Assembly: GCA_963828255.1 (NCBI GenBank)
Contig: CAWHDZ010000003.1
Span: 128,001-192,000, forward strand
Reading direction: 5' to 3'
Length of the DNA: 64,000 nucleotides
From: an uncultured delta proteobacterium
GTDB lineage: Bacteria; Myxococcota; Myxococcia; Myxococcales; Anaeromyxobacteraceae
The position numbers and the translations under genes were made by a program. How positions within the stretch are numbered: the stretch's first letter is position 1; each line of letters starts with the position of its first letter. Below, in pieces: positions 49,925 to 59,513 of this stretch. The notes under the pieces are model-generated. The model was not told the DNA's origin and made no database searches. It was given only the letters and a program-made list of their open reading frames with translations.

Positions 49925-51346
49925 ATGGCTACTCGAAGCAGGTCCCTGCAGTCCGTGCTCGGGGTCCTGGCGGCCCTGGCCGCCGGCTGCATCCAGAACC
50001 CCAGCCTGACCTCTCCCGAGGTCTTCGTGGGCAGGTTGGCCGACGGCGCGCGCTTCGACCCCTTCGCCAACACCAGCGGGGCGAACGTGATGCCGGACGC
50101 CACCGTCTGCTTCCCGGACACCTCCCTCTACTGCCCGGACGTCGGGGCGACGCTCAGGGTGGTCGTGCCCGGTCCGGGCGACCCCGAGAACGCGTTCGCG
50201 GGCGGCGCGATCGTGGCCAATTTGCCGAGAAACCTCTCGGGATTCGACGCGGTGACCTTCTGGGCGAAGTCCACGCGGGCCGCCCCGCTGATCATCGGCC
50301 TGGGAGCGGACCAGACCGACAACCCCAGGTACATCGTGGCGGCAGCCGTATCGCTCTCCGCCGAGTGGACGCAGTACGTCCTTCCGATCCCGCTCGCCAC
50401 CAAGCTGACCGCCGAGAGAGGGCTGTTCTACTTCTCCGCCGGCGCGGACGGGAGCCCGGCGACGGGCTTCACCTTCTGGCTCGCCAACATCCAGTACGTG
50501 ACGCTCGGCGCCACAATCCAGGGGCCGAACCCGGTGCTCCCGCCGGTCTGCATCGCGAAGAACGTCGGCGACGGAGCCTTCCCGGCATTCCCGTCGGGCA
50601 TCACCGGGGCGGTGCCGGTGGCCTTCGACGTGAACTCCGGCGTGGGCGTGATCACCGGGTCCAACCGGTACTTCACCTTCACCTCGTCGGATCCCGCCGT
50701 GGCGAGCGTGGACCCGGGTGGCGCGGTGAGCGTCCAGGGGAACGGGACCGCCACCGTCACCGCATTCCTGGGGGGCGTCGAGGCCGCCGGGCCGCTGACC
50801 GTGAAGGTCGGGCCGGCGAACGCCTGTCCGCCGCTCGCCGTGCCGGCCGACATCGCCCCCACGCCGACCGTCCCGGCGGCGAACGTGATCTCGCTCTTCG
50901 GATCGGCCTACGTGGCCCGCCCGGTGGTTGCCTGGCAAACGGTCTGGAGCACCTGCTGCAGCGACTACGCGCAGCTGAACGTCCCCGGCACCAGCCACCC
51001 CGTCAAGAAGTACGCCCTGTACCCCTTCGTGGGCATCGGCTTCGGGCCCGACGGCAGCACCCTCAACCAGATCGATGCCAGCGCCATGACCTGGTTCCAC
51101 GTCGACGTGTGGACCCCGGACGGCCATGCCTTCGACGTGAAGCTCGTCAACGACCCGACCGGTTACGCTTCGGAGTCGACCGTGAGGAGCTACATCCAGG
51201 AAACCGGCACCTGGATCGGCCTGGAGATCCCCATGACCGCCTTCCGGAACCTCGGCGGCACGTCCAGGCTGGGCCAGATGCTCTTCCTCGTGCCGGACGG
51301 CACCTCCGCCACCTTCTACGTGGACAACATCTACTTTCACAACTAG
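49925..51346 (+). CDS. Lipoprotein with CBM-like / Big_2 / CBM-like domains, paralog of the upstream gene
   Basis: Lipobox AAGC; PRNLSGFDAVTFWAK, ANVISLF, FHVDVWTPDG, FYVDNIYF are shared with the upstream protein. Confidence 0.85.
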   Translation: MATRSRSLQSVLGVLAALAAGCIQNPSLTSPEVFVGRLADGARFDPFANTSGANVMPDATVCFPDTSLYCPDVGATLRVVVPGPGDPENAFAGGAIVANLPRNLSGFDAVTFWAKSTRAAPLIIGLGADQTDNPRYIVAAAVSLSAEWTQYVLPIPLATKLTAERGLFYFSAGADGSPATGFTFWLANIQYVTLGATIQGPNPVLPPVCIAKNVGDGAFPAFPSGITGAVPVAFDVNSGVGVITGSNRYFTFTSSDPAVASVDPGGAVSVQGNGTATVTAFLGGVEAAGPLTVKVGPANACPPLAVPADIAPTPTVPAANVISLFGSAYVARPVVAWQTVWSTCCSDYAQLNVPGTSHPVKKYALYPFVGIGFGPDGSTLNQIDASAMTWFHVDVWTPDGHAFDVKLVNDPTGYASESTVRSYIQETGTWIGLEIPMTAFRNLGGTSRLGQMLFLVPDGTSATFYVDNIYFHN

Positions 51347-51369
51347 TGGAGCACGAGGAGCGGCGCACC

Positions 51370-52605
51370 GTGGGGGTTTCGACGGCAACCAGGGCGGAGC
51401 CACCCGAGGCGTGCCAGCGGCCGAGCGTCACCGGCGTGCTGCAACTGCTCTGGAAGGAGCGACGGCTCTCCCGCGCCGACATCGCGCGCACGACGGGGCT
51501 GAGCCGCTCCACGGTCTCCGAGGTCGTGTCCGAGCTCCTGGAGACCCGCCTGGTTGCCGAGGTGGGAGACGGCCCCTCGAAGGGCGGCAGGCGGCCCATC
51601 GTCCTGCAGTTCCAGGACGACGCATACGGCCTCCTCGGCATCGACATGGGCGCCGGCCACGTCTCGGCCGCGCTCGCCAACCTGAGGGGACAGGTGGTGG
51701 CCTGGGAGCATCGACACCACCCGGTGCGCGACGACCCGGACGGGACGATGGCGCTGATGGCCGAGTTCTCCGAGGCCTGCCTGGCGAAGTGGAAGCTCGG
51801 CACGGACCGGCTCGTCGGCATCGGCGTCGGCGTCCCGAGCCCCGTCGATCCACGGAACCCGGAACGGGTTTCCGAGGTGGTGATGCCGGCCTGGCGGGGG
51901 CGGGAAGTGGGAGAGCCGCTTCGCAAGCGGTTCGGCGTGCCGGTCATGGTCGACAACGACGCCAACCTGGCCGCGCTCGGCGAGCACTGGTGGGGTGCGG
52001 GGCGCGGCATCCTGGACTTCACCTACGTGAAGGTCGCCACCGGCGTCGGCGCGGGCCACATCATTGGCGGCCAGATCTACCGGGGCGTGCACGGGGTGGC
52101 GGGCGAGATCGGCCACCTCGCCATCGACCCGCAGGGAGACCCGTGCATCTGCGGGCTACGGGGATGCCTGGCGACGCGGGTCGGCTCCAGGGCGCTCCTG
52201 GCGCGCGCCGCGGCGCTCCTGGCGGAGCACCCCGGAAGCATGCTGGCAGGTCGCGAGATCACGCTCGCCGCGTTCGAGGAAGCGGCACTGGCCGGGGACG
52301 TGCTCGTGCTCCAGGTGGTCGCCGAGGCGGCCGACCACCTGGGCATCGCGGTGGCGACCCTGATGAACCTCATGAACCCTTCGCGGGTCATCATCGGCGG
52401 TCGCCTGGCCCGGCTCGGGGAACTCCTGCTGTCCGCGCTGCGCCAGTCCGTCCGCAGCCGCACGCTGGTCAGCGCCCACGCCCCGACCGACATCGTCACC
52501 GGAGAGCTGGGCGGCCGCGCCGTCGCCCTGGGATCCGCCACCCTCGTCCTGCAGACCGCACTCGCCGACATGCGCCTCTTCCGGAGCGCAGCGGCAGGAA
52601 GCTGA
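51370..52605 (+). CDS. ROK family transcriptional repressor
   Basis: HTH LSRADIARTTGLSRSTVSEVV; GGRRP, DNDAN, AGEIGH, CICGLRGCL; start 51346 or 51370. Confidence 0.93.
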   Translation: MGVSTATRAEPPEACQRPSVTGVLQLLWKERRLSRADIARTTGLSRSTVSEVVSELLETRLVAEVGDGPSKGGRRPIVLQFQDDAYGLLGIDMGAGHVSAALANLRGQVVAWEHRHHPVRDDPDGTMALMAEFSEACLAKWKLGTDRLVGIGVGVPSPVDPRNPERVSEVVMPAWRGREVGEPLRKRFGVPVMVDNDANLAALGEHWWGAGRGILDFTYVKVATGVGAGHIIGGQIYRGVHGVAGEIGHLAIDPQGDPCICGLRGCLATRVGSRALLARAAALLAEHPGSMLAGREITLAAFEEAALAGDVLVLQVVAEAADHLGIAVATLMNLMNPSRVIIGGRLARLGELLLSALRQSVRSRTLVSAHAPTDIVTGELGGRAVALGSATLVLQTALADMRLFRSAAAGS

Positions 52606-52614
52606 GAGGCCCGA

Positions 52615-53481
52615 ATGAGCCGAGACCCACGATCACGCTTTCATCCCGCTTCCCTGGCCGTCGCGGGCCTGGCCATGTCCCTGCTCGCGACCGCGTGCAG
52701 CAACCAGCCTCCCAGCTGGACCCTGGTCTGGCAGGAGGAGTTCGAAGGGGCTGAGGGCACGTCCCCGAATCCCGCCTACTGGGACCCCGACGTGGGGGGA
52801 GGGGGCTGGGGAAACGACCAGCTCGAGTTCAACACCGCGCGCCCCGAGAACGTGTCGCTCGACGGACTCGGCAACCTCGCCATCACCGCGCGGAAGGAGG
52901 CCTATCAGGGGCGCGCCTACACCTCGGCGCGGATCACCACGCGGGCCAGGTTCGAGCAGGGGCTCGGCCGCTGGGAGGCACGCATACGGCTGCCGTCGGG
53001 CATGGGGATCTGGCCGGCCTTCTGGCTGCTGGGTGCGAGCTATCCCCAGCTGGGCTGGCCGGCCTGCGGCGAGATCGACGTCATGGAGATGCGGGGCCAG
53101 GCGCCGGGCGTGGTGAACGGATCCCTCCACGCGACCGGATACTCCGGCGGCAGTGCCCTCACCGCGCAGTACACCTGCCAGGTCCCGCCGACCTGCGCCA
53201 CTCCGCCCTGCACTCCGCTGTGCCCCTTCGACCAGGACTTCCACGTCTTCGCGGTGGAGGTGGAAGCCAACCGGATCCGGTTCGAGGTGGACGGCGCCGT
53301 CTACCACGAGGTGAGGCAGGAGCTCATGCCCAGGGGCGCCAGCTGGCCCTTCGGCAAGCCCTTCTTCGTGATCCTGAACGTGGCAGTGGGAGGGTCATAC
53401 GTCGGGGCGCCCGACGTTTCCACGGTCTTCCCGCAGACGATGCTCGTCGACTACGTCCGCTACTACCAGCTCGATCGCTGA
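52615..53481 (+). CDS. GH16 laminarinase-like lipoprotein
   Basis: Lipobox ATAC; GWGNDQLE, YTSARI, WPAFWLLG, GEIDVME. Confidence 0.93.
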   Translation: MSRDPRSRFHPASLAVAGLAMSLLATACSNQPPSWTLVWQEEFEGAEGTSPNPAYWDPDVGGGGWGNDQLEFNTARPENVSLDGLGNLAITARKEAYQGRAYTSARITTRARFEQGLGRWEARIRLPSGMGIWPAFWLLGASYPQLGWPACGEIDVMEMRGQAPGVVNGSLHATGYSGGSALTAQYTCQVPPTCATPPCTPLCPFDQDFHVFAVEVEANRIRFEVDGAVYHEVRQELMPRGASWPFGKPFFVILNVAVGGSYVGAPDVSTVFPQTMLVDYVRYYQLDR

Positions 53482-53502
53482 AGCGATCGGCGCCCGAGGA
53501 CC

Positions 53503-54969
53503 ATGGGTTCCACCAGAGAGGCAGAGCACTTCACGACGGCGCCCCGGGATCGGATCTCCTTCCCGCGGAAGCTGGCCTACGGGGCCGGAGCCTTCGTCAA
53601 CAACCTGCTGGCGGCGGCCATCGGCGGGATGCTCATCGTGCTCAACCTGGGGCTGGGCATGAACCCGGCGCTGGTGGGGCTGGTGGCGGCGCTGCCTCGC
53701 CTCCTCGACGCCCTCATCGACCCGGTCATGGGGTACGTCTCCGACCACACCCGCTCGAGGTGGGGACGGCGGCGCCCTTACATCTTCGTGGGGGCCATCG
53801 CGTCGGGAGTCGTCTTCGCCCTGCTCTGGCAGGTGCCGCGGGGCCAGAGCGAGAACTTCTACTTCTGGTTCTTCGTCGTCGGCTCCAACCTCTTCTACGT
53901 CGCCTACACGATCTTCGCCGCGCCCTGGGTCGCGCTGGGCTACGAGCTCACCCCCGACTATCACGAGCGCACCCGGCTCATGGGAGTGCAGAACTTCCTC
54001 GGGCAGATCGCCTACATCGTGTCGCCCTGGTTCCTCTGGTTCATGACCTACAAGACCTGGTTCAAGGATCAGGTCGAGGGCGCCTCGGCCCTGGCCATCG
54101 CCATCGGGGTGCTCGCCGCCTGCCTGGGCGTCCTGCCCGCCATCTTCCTCCGGGAGCGCTTTCAGCACGTGGCGGAGAAGGAGGGGGAGGAGCAGGCCGG
54201 GAAGGGCGGAGTCGGCGAGAGCATCATGGGGTTCCTGAGGGGGATGAAGTCGACCATCTCCTCCGGCCCCTTCCTGAAGCTCTGCGCGGCCACCTTCCTG
54301 GTCTTCAACGGATTCATGCTGATCTCGTCGTTCCAGTTCTACGTCATCATCTACTACGTGTTCCGTGGCGATCAGGCGCGCGGGGCGGAGTACGCCGGGT
54401 ACGCCGGAACCCTCGGGGCCATCTCCACGTTCGCGGTGATCTTCTTCATCACCTGGCTCGGCACGAAGATCGGCAAGCGCAGGGCCTTCTTCGTCTCCAC
54501 CGGGATCTCCATGCTCGGGTACGGGATGAAGTGGTTCGCCTACGACCCGAACCACCCCCTGCTCATCCTGCTCCCCACGCCGTTCCTGGCCTTCGGGCTG
54601 GGGGGGCTCTTCACGCTGATGGGCTCGATGATCGCCGACGTCGTGGACGTGGACGAGGTCCAGTCCCACCAGCGCCGCGAGGGGATGTTCGGCGCGGTCT
54701 TCTGGTGGGTCGTCAAGCTGGGCATGGCGGCCGCGCTCGCCGGAGGAGGCTTCCTCCTCAACATGACCGGGTTCGACGTGGACCTGGGCGGGAACCAGGC
54801 CGAGCGGACCATCACCCTGATGCGGGTCTGCGACGCGTTCATCCCGATGATCACCTCCGGCCTGGCGATCTGGGCCATCGCGACCTACCCGATCACCGAG
54901 GAGGCGGCCCACGAGGTGCGGGCGACGCTGGAAGCCCGACGAGGAACCGGGACGCCCGCCGCCGGATAG
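53503..54969 (+). CDS. MFS glycoside-pentoside-hexuronide symporter
   Basis: DALIDPVMGYVSDHTRSRWGRRRPY, ELTPDYHERT, RREGMF. Confidence 0.92.
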   Translation: MGSTREAEHFTTAPRDRISFPRKLAYGAGAFVNNLLAAAIGGMLIVLNLGLGMNPALVGLVAALPRLLDALIDPVMGYVSDHTRSRWGRRRPYIFVGAIASGVVFALLWQVPRGQSENFYFWFFVVGSNLFYVAYTIFAAPWVALGYELTPDYHERTRLMGVQNFLGQIAYIVSPWFLWFMTYKTWFKDQVEGASALAIAIGVLAACLGVLPAIFLRERFQHVAEKEGEEQAGKGGVGESIMGFLRGMKSTISSGPFLKLCAATFLVFNGFMLISSFQFYVIIYYVFRGDQARGAEYAGYAGTLGAISTFAVIFFITWLGTKIGKRRAFFVSTGISMLGYGMKWFAYDPNHPLLILLPTPFLAFGLGGLFTLMGSMIADVVDVDEVQSHQRREGMFGAVFWWVVKLGMAAALAGGGFLLNMTGFDVDLGGNQAERTITLMRVCDAFIPMITSGLAIWAIATYPITEEAAHEVRATLEARRGTGTPAAG

Positions 54970-54977
54970 GGAGGTCC

Positions 54978-56627
54978 ATGACCCGGGTGGCCTCGACCTC
55001 CTGTGCGCTCGCAATCCTGGCGCTCGCCGGGTGCACGCCGGAGCGACGGCCCGTGCCGCGCGGCACGCTGGTGGTCTCGCAGGAGAAGCAGGCCTCCTGG
55101 GTGCGGAACTTCAACCCGCTCGCGCCCGGGGGGGCGGAGCTCTGGCCGACCAAGGCCGGCATCTACGAGCCGCTGCTCGTGTTCAACACGGTGAAGGGCG
55201 CGTACGTCCCGTGGCTCGCCGTGGGGCACGAGTGGCGGCCCGGTCACCGGGTTCTCCGCGTGAAGACCCGGGAGGGGGTTCGCTGGTCCGACGGCGCACC
55301 CTTCGGCGCGCGCGACGTGGCCTTCACGTTCGAGCTCCTGAAGAAGTTCCCGGCGCTCGACGCGGGTGGGGTGTGGAGCTTCCTCCAGGAAGTCCGGGTC
55401 GTCGACGCGAGCACGGTCGACTTCGAGTTCTCCAGGGTGTTCGTTCCCGGCCTGGACAGCCTGGCCATCGTGCCCATCGTGCCCGAGCACGTCTGGAGCA
55501 AGGTCGCGGACCCGGTCACCTTCCGCAACGAGAACCCCGTCGCCACCGGGCCCTTCACGGAGGTCCGGGTCTTCAAGAACCAGGTGTACGAGCTGGGGCG
55601 CAACCCGAACTACTGGCAGCCGGGAAAGCCGGCGGTGGAGGCGCTTCGACTCCCCGCCTACCCCGGGAACGATCGGGCCAACCTCGGCCTGGTGTTCGAC
55701 GAGGTGGACTGGGCGGGCAGCTTCGTTCCCGCCATCGAACGCGTCTTCGTGAAGCGCGACCCGGAGCACCACCGGTACTGGTTCCCCCTCATCGGCGGGA
55801 CCATCTTCCTCTACGCCAACACCAGGCGTCCGCCGTTCGACGACGTGCGCGTGCGCAAGGCCATCAGCATGGCCATCGACCGCAAGCGGGTGGTCGACGT
55901 GGCCCTCTTCGGCTACTCGCGCCCCTCCGACGCCACGGGGCTCAGCGACGCCTACGCGGGATGGCGAAACCCCGAGATCGCCGCGACCGGGGACTGGGTG
56001 CGCCACGACGTGTCCGCGGCCAACGCAGCGCTCGACGGGGCTGGCTTCCCGCGGGGAGGGGACGGCATCCGCCGCCTTCCCGACGGCCGCCCCTGGAAGT
56101 TCGAGATCCTCGCCGTGGCTGGATACTCCGACTGGGTGCGGACCGCCCAGGTGGTCGCCGGCGGGCTCAAGGAGATCGGGATCGACGCCACCGTCCGCAA
56201 TTCCGACTACGGGGCCTGGTTCCAGAAGCTCGGGGAGGGGCGCTTCGACCTGGCCCTGGGCTGGTCGGTGGACGGGCCCACGCCCTACACCTTCTACCGG
56301 GGGCTCATGACGACCTCCACGGTGAAGCCCGAGGGCGTCCCGTCGTTCTGGAACTGGCACCGCTACGGGAGCGAGCGGGGAGACGCGCTCGTCGCCGCAT
56401 TCGAGCGTGCGGTGGACCCTGCCGAGCAGCGGCGCCTGTCGGACGAGCTCCAGCGGGCCTTCGTCGCCGAGGCCCCGGCCATCCCGCTCTACCCGCAGCC
56501 GTCCTGGGGGGAGTACAACTCCCGGCGCTTCAAGGGGTTCTCCTCCGCGGACGATCCCTACGCGGCGCTCTCGCCCAACAAGTCCCCGGACTACCTGCTC
56601 GTCCTCACGACGATCGAACCGCGCTAG
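54978..56627 (+). CDS. ABC transporter substrate-binding lipoprotein (family 5)
   Basis: GGAGG RBS; lipobox LAGC; RNFNP, IYEPL, VRWSDGAPF..DVAFTF, PVATGPF. Confidence 0.92.
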   Translation: MTRVASTSCALAILALAGCTPERRPVPRGTLVVSQEKQASWVRNFNPLAPGGAELWPTKAGIYEPLLVFNTVKGAYVPWLAVGHEWRPGHRVLRVKTREGVRWSDGAPFGARDVAFTFELLKKFPALDAGGVWSFLQEVRVVDASTVDFEFSRVFVPGLDSLAIVPIVPEHVWSKVADPVTFRNENPVATGPFTEVRVFKNQVYELGRNPNYWQPGKPAVEALRLPAYPGNDRANLGLVFDEVDWAGSFVPAIERVFVKRDPEHHRYWFPLIGGTIFLYANTRRPPFDDVRVRKAISMAIDRKRVVDVALFGYSRPSDATGLSDAYAGWRNPEIAATGDWVRHDVSAANAALDGAGFPRGGDGIRRLPDGRPWKFEILAVAGYSDWVRTAQVVAGGLKEIGIDATVRNSDYGAWFQKLGEGRFDLALGWSVDGPTPYTFYRGLMTTSTVKPEGVPSFWNWHRYGSERGDALVAAFERAVDPAEQRRLSDELQRAFVAEAPAIPLYPQPSWGEYNSRRFKGFSSADDPYAALSPNKSPDYLLVLTTIEPR

Positions 56628-56637
56628 ACAGGGGCCG

Positions 56638-57617
56638 ATGCGCTTCATCCTCCAACGACTCGGCTTCTACCTGCTCGCGGCCTGGGCGGCGCTCACGCTC
56701 AACTTCTTCCTGCCGCGCCTCATGCCGGGCGACCCCGCCACGGCGCTCTTCGCGCGATTCCGCGGCCAGCTCCGTCCGGAGGCCATGCAGGCGCTTCGCG
56801 AGGCCTTCGGGCTGACCCCGGAGCCGCTCCTGGGGCAATACGTCACCTACCTCGGCCACGTGCTGCGGGGCGACTTCGGCGTCTCGGTGGCCTACTTCCC
56901 GTCCCCCGTCTCCACCATCATCGGCACGGGGCTCCTCTGGACGATGTTCCTGGCCGGGACGGCGGTGGTGGTGAGCTTCGTCCTCGGGACCTGCTCGGCG
57001 TGGCCGCGGCCTGGTGGCGCGGCGGCTGGATGGACACGCTCCTGCCCCCGGCGCTCGCGCTCCTGGGCGCGTTCCCCTACTTCTGGCTGGCCATGGTGGC
57101 CCTCTACGTCTTCGGCTTTCAGCTGGCATGGTTCCCGCTCGGCCACGCCTACGCCGACGACCTGACGCCCGGCCTGAACCTGCCGTTCCTCGCCAGCGTC
57201 CTCCGGCACGCGGCGCTCCCCGTCGGCACGGTGGTGGTGGCGACGCTGGGCGGATGGATGCTCTCCATGCGCAACACCATGGTGTCGGTCCTGGGCTCCG
57301 ACTACGTGAACCTGGCGCGGGCCAAGGGGCTGCCGCCCTCCCGCGTGGTGCTCCGGTACGCGGCCCGCAACGCGCTCCTGCCCAGCGTCACCGGCTTCGG
57401 GATGGCGCTCGGCTTCGTCCTGGGCGGTTCGCTGCTCACCGAGATCATCTTCTCCTACCCCGGGCAGGGATACCTGCTCCTCCAGGCGGTCCGGAGCCAG
57501 GACTACCCGCTCATGCAGGGCATCTTCCTGGTCATCACGCTTGCCGTGCTGGGCGCGAACTGGCTCGTGGACATCGCCTACCTGTGGCTCGACCCGCGCA
57601 CCCGGGAGGGTTCGTGA
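56638..57617 (+). pseudogene. ABC permease (DppB-like) with a one-base frameshift near 56990 (possibly an assembly error)
   Basis: MRFILQRLGFY..PRLMPGDP in one frame, LGVAAAWWRGG..ARAKGL in another; span is 980 nt, one short of a multiple of 3. Confidence 0.8.
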
Positions 57618-58555
57618 CCGCGCCTGCAAGCCGCCGGTCCACCGGGGCCAGGGCCTGGCTGGACGCCATCCGGCGCGACCGGAAGGCCAGCGTGGGTGCG
57701 CTGATCCTGGTCCTCTTCGCACTGCTCGCCGTCGTCGGACCGTTCCTCGTGGGCGACCCCACGGCGCTCGTGGCCGTGCCCCTCGAGCCTCCCTCCTCGG
57801 CCCACTGGCTCGGGACCACCGGCCAGGGGCAGGACGTTCTCGCGCAGACCGTGGTGGGGACCCGCGTCTCCCTGGTCATCGGCTTCGGCGTCGGGATCCT
57901 CGTGGTGCTGGTCGGCTCGCTGGTCGGCGTCGCAGCCGGCTACTTCGGCGGGCGGGTGGACGGGATGCTCTCCCTCCTCTTCAACGTCTTCCTGGTGATC
58001 CCCGGGCTGCCGCTGGCCATCGTCCTGGCTGCCTACCTGCCGTCCGGGCCGCTCACCGTGGCGGCGGTGCTGGTCTTCACCGGATGGGCCTGGAACGCCC
58101 GCGTGGTCCGCGGCCAGACCCTTTCCCTGCGCCGGCGCGACTTCGTGCTGGCGTCGGTGGTGAGCGGCGAGTCGAGCCTGCGCATCATCACCCGCGAGAT
58201 CCTTCCCAACATGACCTCCCTCCTCGTGGCCCAGGTCATCGGCAGCAGCGTCTACGCCATCGGCGCGCTGGTGGGGCTCGAGTTCCTCGGCCTGGGCGAC
58301 GTCTCCTCGGTCACCTGGGGGACCAACCTCTACTGGGCCAGCAACGACTCGGCGCTCCTCACCGGCGCCTGGTGGACCTACGTCCCGACCGGCGTCTGCG
58401 TGGCGCTGGTGGGCTTCGGCCTGGTGATGCTCAACTCCGGCTTCGACGAGATCACCAACCCGCGCCTGCAGATGGAGCGCGCCTGGCGCGCGCACCTGGC
58501 CGCGGCGGGGCAGCCTGCGTCCCGGTCGACCCCGGTGGTGGTGCGAGATGGCTGA
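57614..58555 (+). CDS. ABC permease (DppC-like)
   Basis: GTGA overlap; PPSSAHWLGTTGQGQDV, ARVVRGQTLSLRRRDFV, EILPN. Confidence 0.92.
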   Translation: MTAPASRRSTGARAWLDAIRRDRKASVGALILVLFALLAVVGPFLVGDPTALVAVPLEPPSSAHWLGTTGQGQDVLAQTVVGTRVSLVIGFGVGILVVLVGSLVGVAAGYFGGRVDGMLSLLFNVFLVIPGLPLAIVLAAYLPSGPLTVAAVLVFTGWAWNARVVRGQTLSLRRRDFVLASVVSGESSLRIITREILPNMTSLLVAQVIGSSVYAIGALVGLEFLGLGDVSSVTWGTNLYWASNDSALLTGAWWTYVPTGVCVALVGFGLVMLNSGFDEITNPRLQMERAWRAHLAAAGQPASRSTPVVVRDG

Positions 58556-59513
58556 GCCGATCCTGTCGATCCGCGACCTCTGCGTGGACTACGTGTCGGC
58601 GGACGGCCCGGTTCGCGCCCTCGACCACGTCTCCCTGGACCTCATGCCCGGGGAGGTGGTCGGCGTCGCCGGCGAGTCGGGCTGCGGCAAGTCCACCATG
58701 GCCCAGGCCATCCTGAGGATCCTGCCGCCTCCGGCGGTGATCAGCGGTGGCCAGGTGCTCTTCGAGGGGCGCGACCTGCTCGCCATGGACGAGGGCGCGC
58801 TGCGCCGGATGCGCTGGGAGCGGATCGCCATGGTCTTCCAGGGCGCCATGGACGCGCTCAACCCGGTGCTCACGGTGGGCGAGCAGATCGCCGACACCCT
58901 GCGGGCCCACGGTGCGGCCCCCTCCGGGCGTGCCGCGCGGGCGCGGGCCGCGGAGCTGCTCGGGACGGTGGGCATCCACCCCGACCGCCTGGCGAGCTTC
59001 CCGCACCAGCTCTCCGGCGGCATGCGCCAGCGGGTGGGCATCGCCATCGCGCTGGCGCTCGATCCCGCGCTCGTGATCCTCGACGAGCCCACCACCGCCC
59101 TCGACGTCATCGTGGAGCGGGAGATCCTGGAGGAGATCCAGGAGCTGCAGCGGAAGCGCGGGTTCGCCGTGATGTTCATCACGCACGACCTGACGCGGAT
59201 GCTCCAGTTCGCGAACCGCGTGGCGATCTTCTACGCGGCAAGGCTGGTCGAGGTGGCTCCCGCGGGCGAGCTGCGGACGGCGGCGCGCCACCCGTACACG
59301 CAGGGGCTCCTGCGGGCCTTCCCGTCGGTGCACGGCGGCGACGTCGAGCTGTCGAGCATCCCCGGGTCGCCGCCCAGCCTGCGCAGCCCGCCCAGGGGAT
59401 GCCGCTTCCATCCCCGCTGCACCCTCGCCGTGGACCTGTGCCGGGAGCGGGAGCCGGAGCTGGTCGCGCTCGGCCCCGGCCACGCGGCCGCCTGCCACCT
59501 GGTCACAGGCTGA
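58548..59513 (+). CDS. ABC ATP-binding subunit (DppD-like)
   Basis: GESGCGKST, LSGGMRQR, ILDEPT, HPYT, GCRFHPRC. Confidence 0.95.
   Translation: MAEPILSIRDLCVDYVSADGPVRALDHVSLDLMPGEVVGVAGESGCGKSTMAQAILRILPPPAVISGGQVLFEGRDLLAMDEGALRRMRWERIAMVFQGAMDALNPVLTVGEQIADTLRAHGAAPSGRAARARAAELLGTVGIHPDRLASFPHQLSGGMRQRVGIAIALALDPALVILDEPTTALDVIVEREILEEIQELQRKRGFAVMFITHDLTRMLQFANRVAIFYAARLVEVAPAGELRTAARHPYTQGLLRAFPSVHGGDVELSSIPGSPPSLRSPPRGCRFHPRCTLAVDLCREREPELVALGPGHAAACHLVTG

Noticed and set aside
45133..50121. 1662-aa minus-strand ORF
   Set aside because: Shadow frame of the lipoprotein and GH81 genes; Arg/Gly-rich with no motifs, as expected at high GC.
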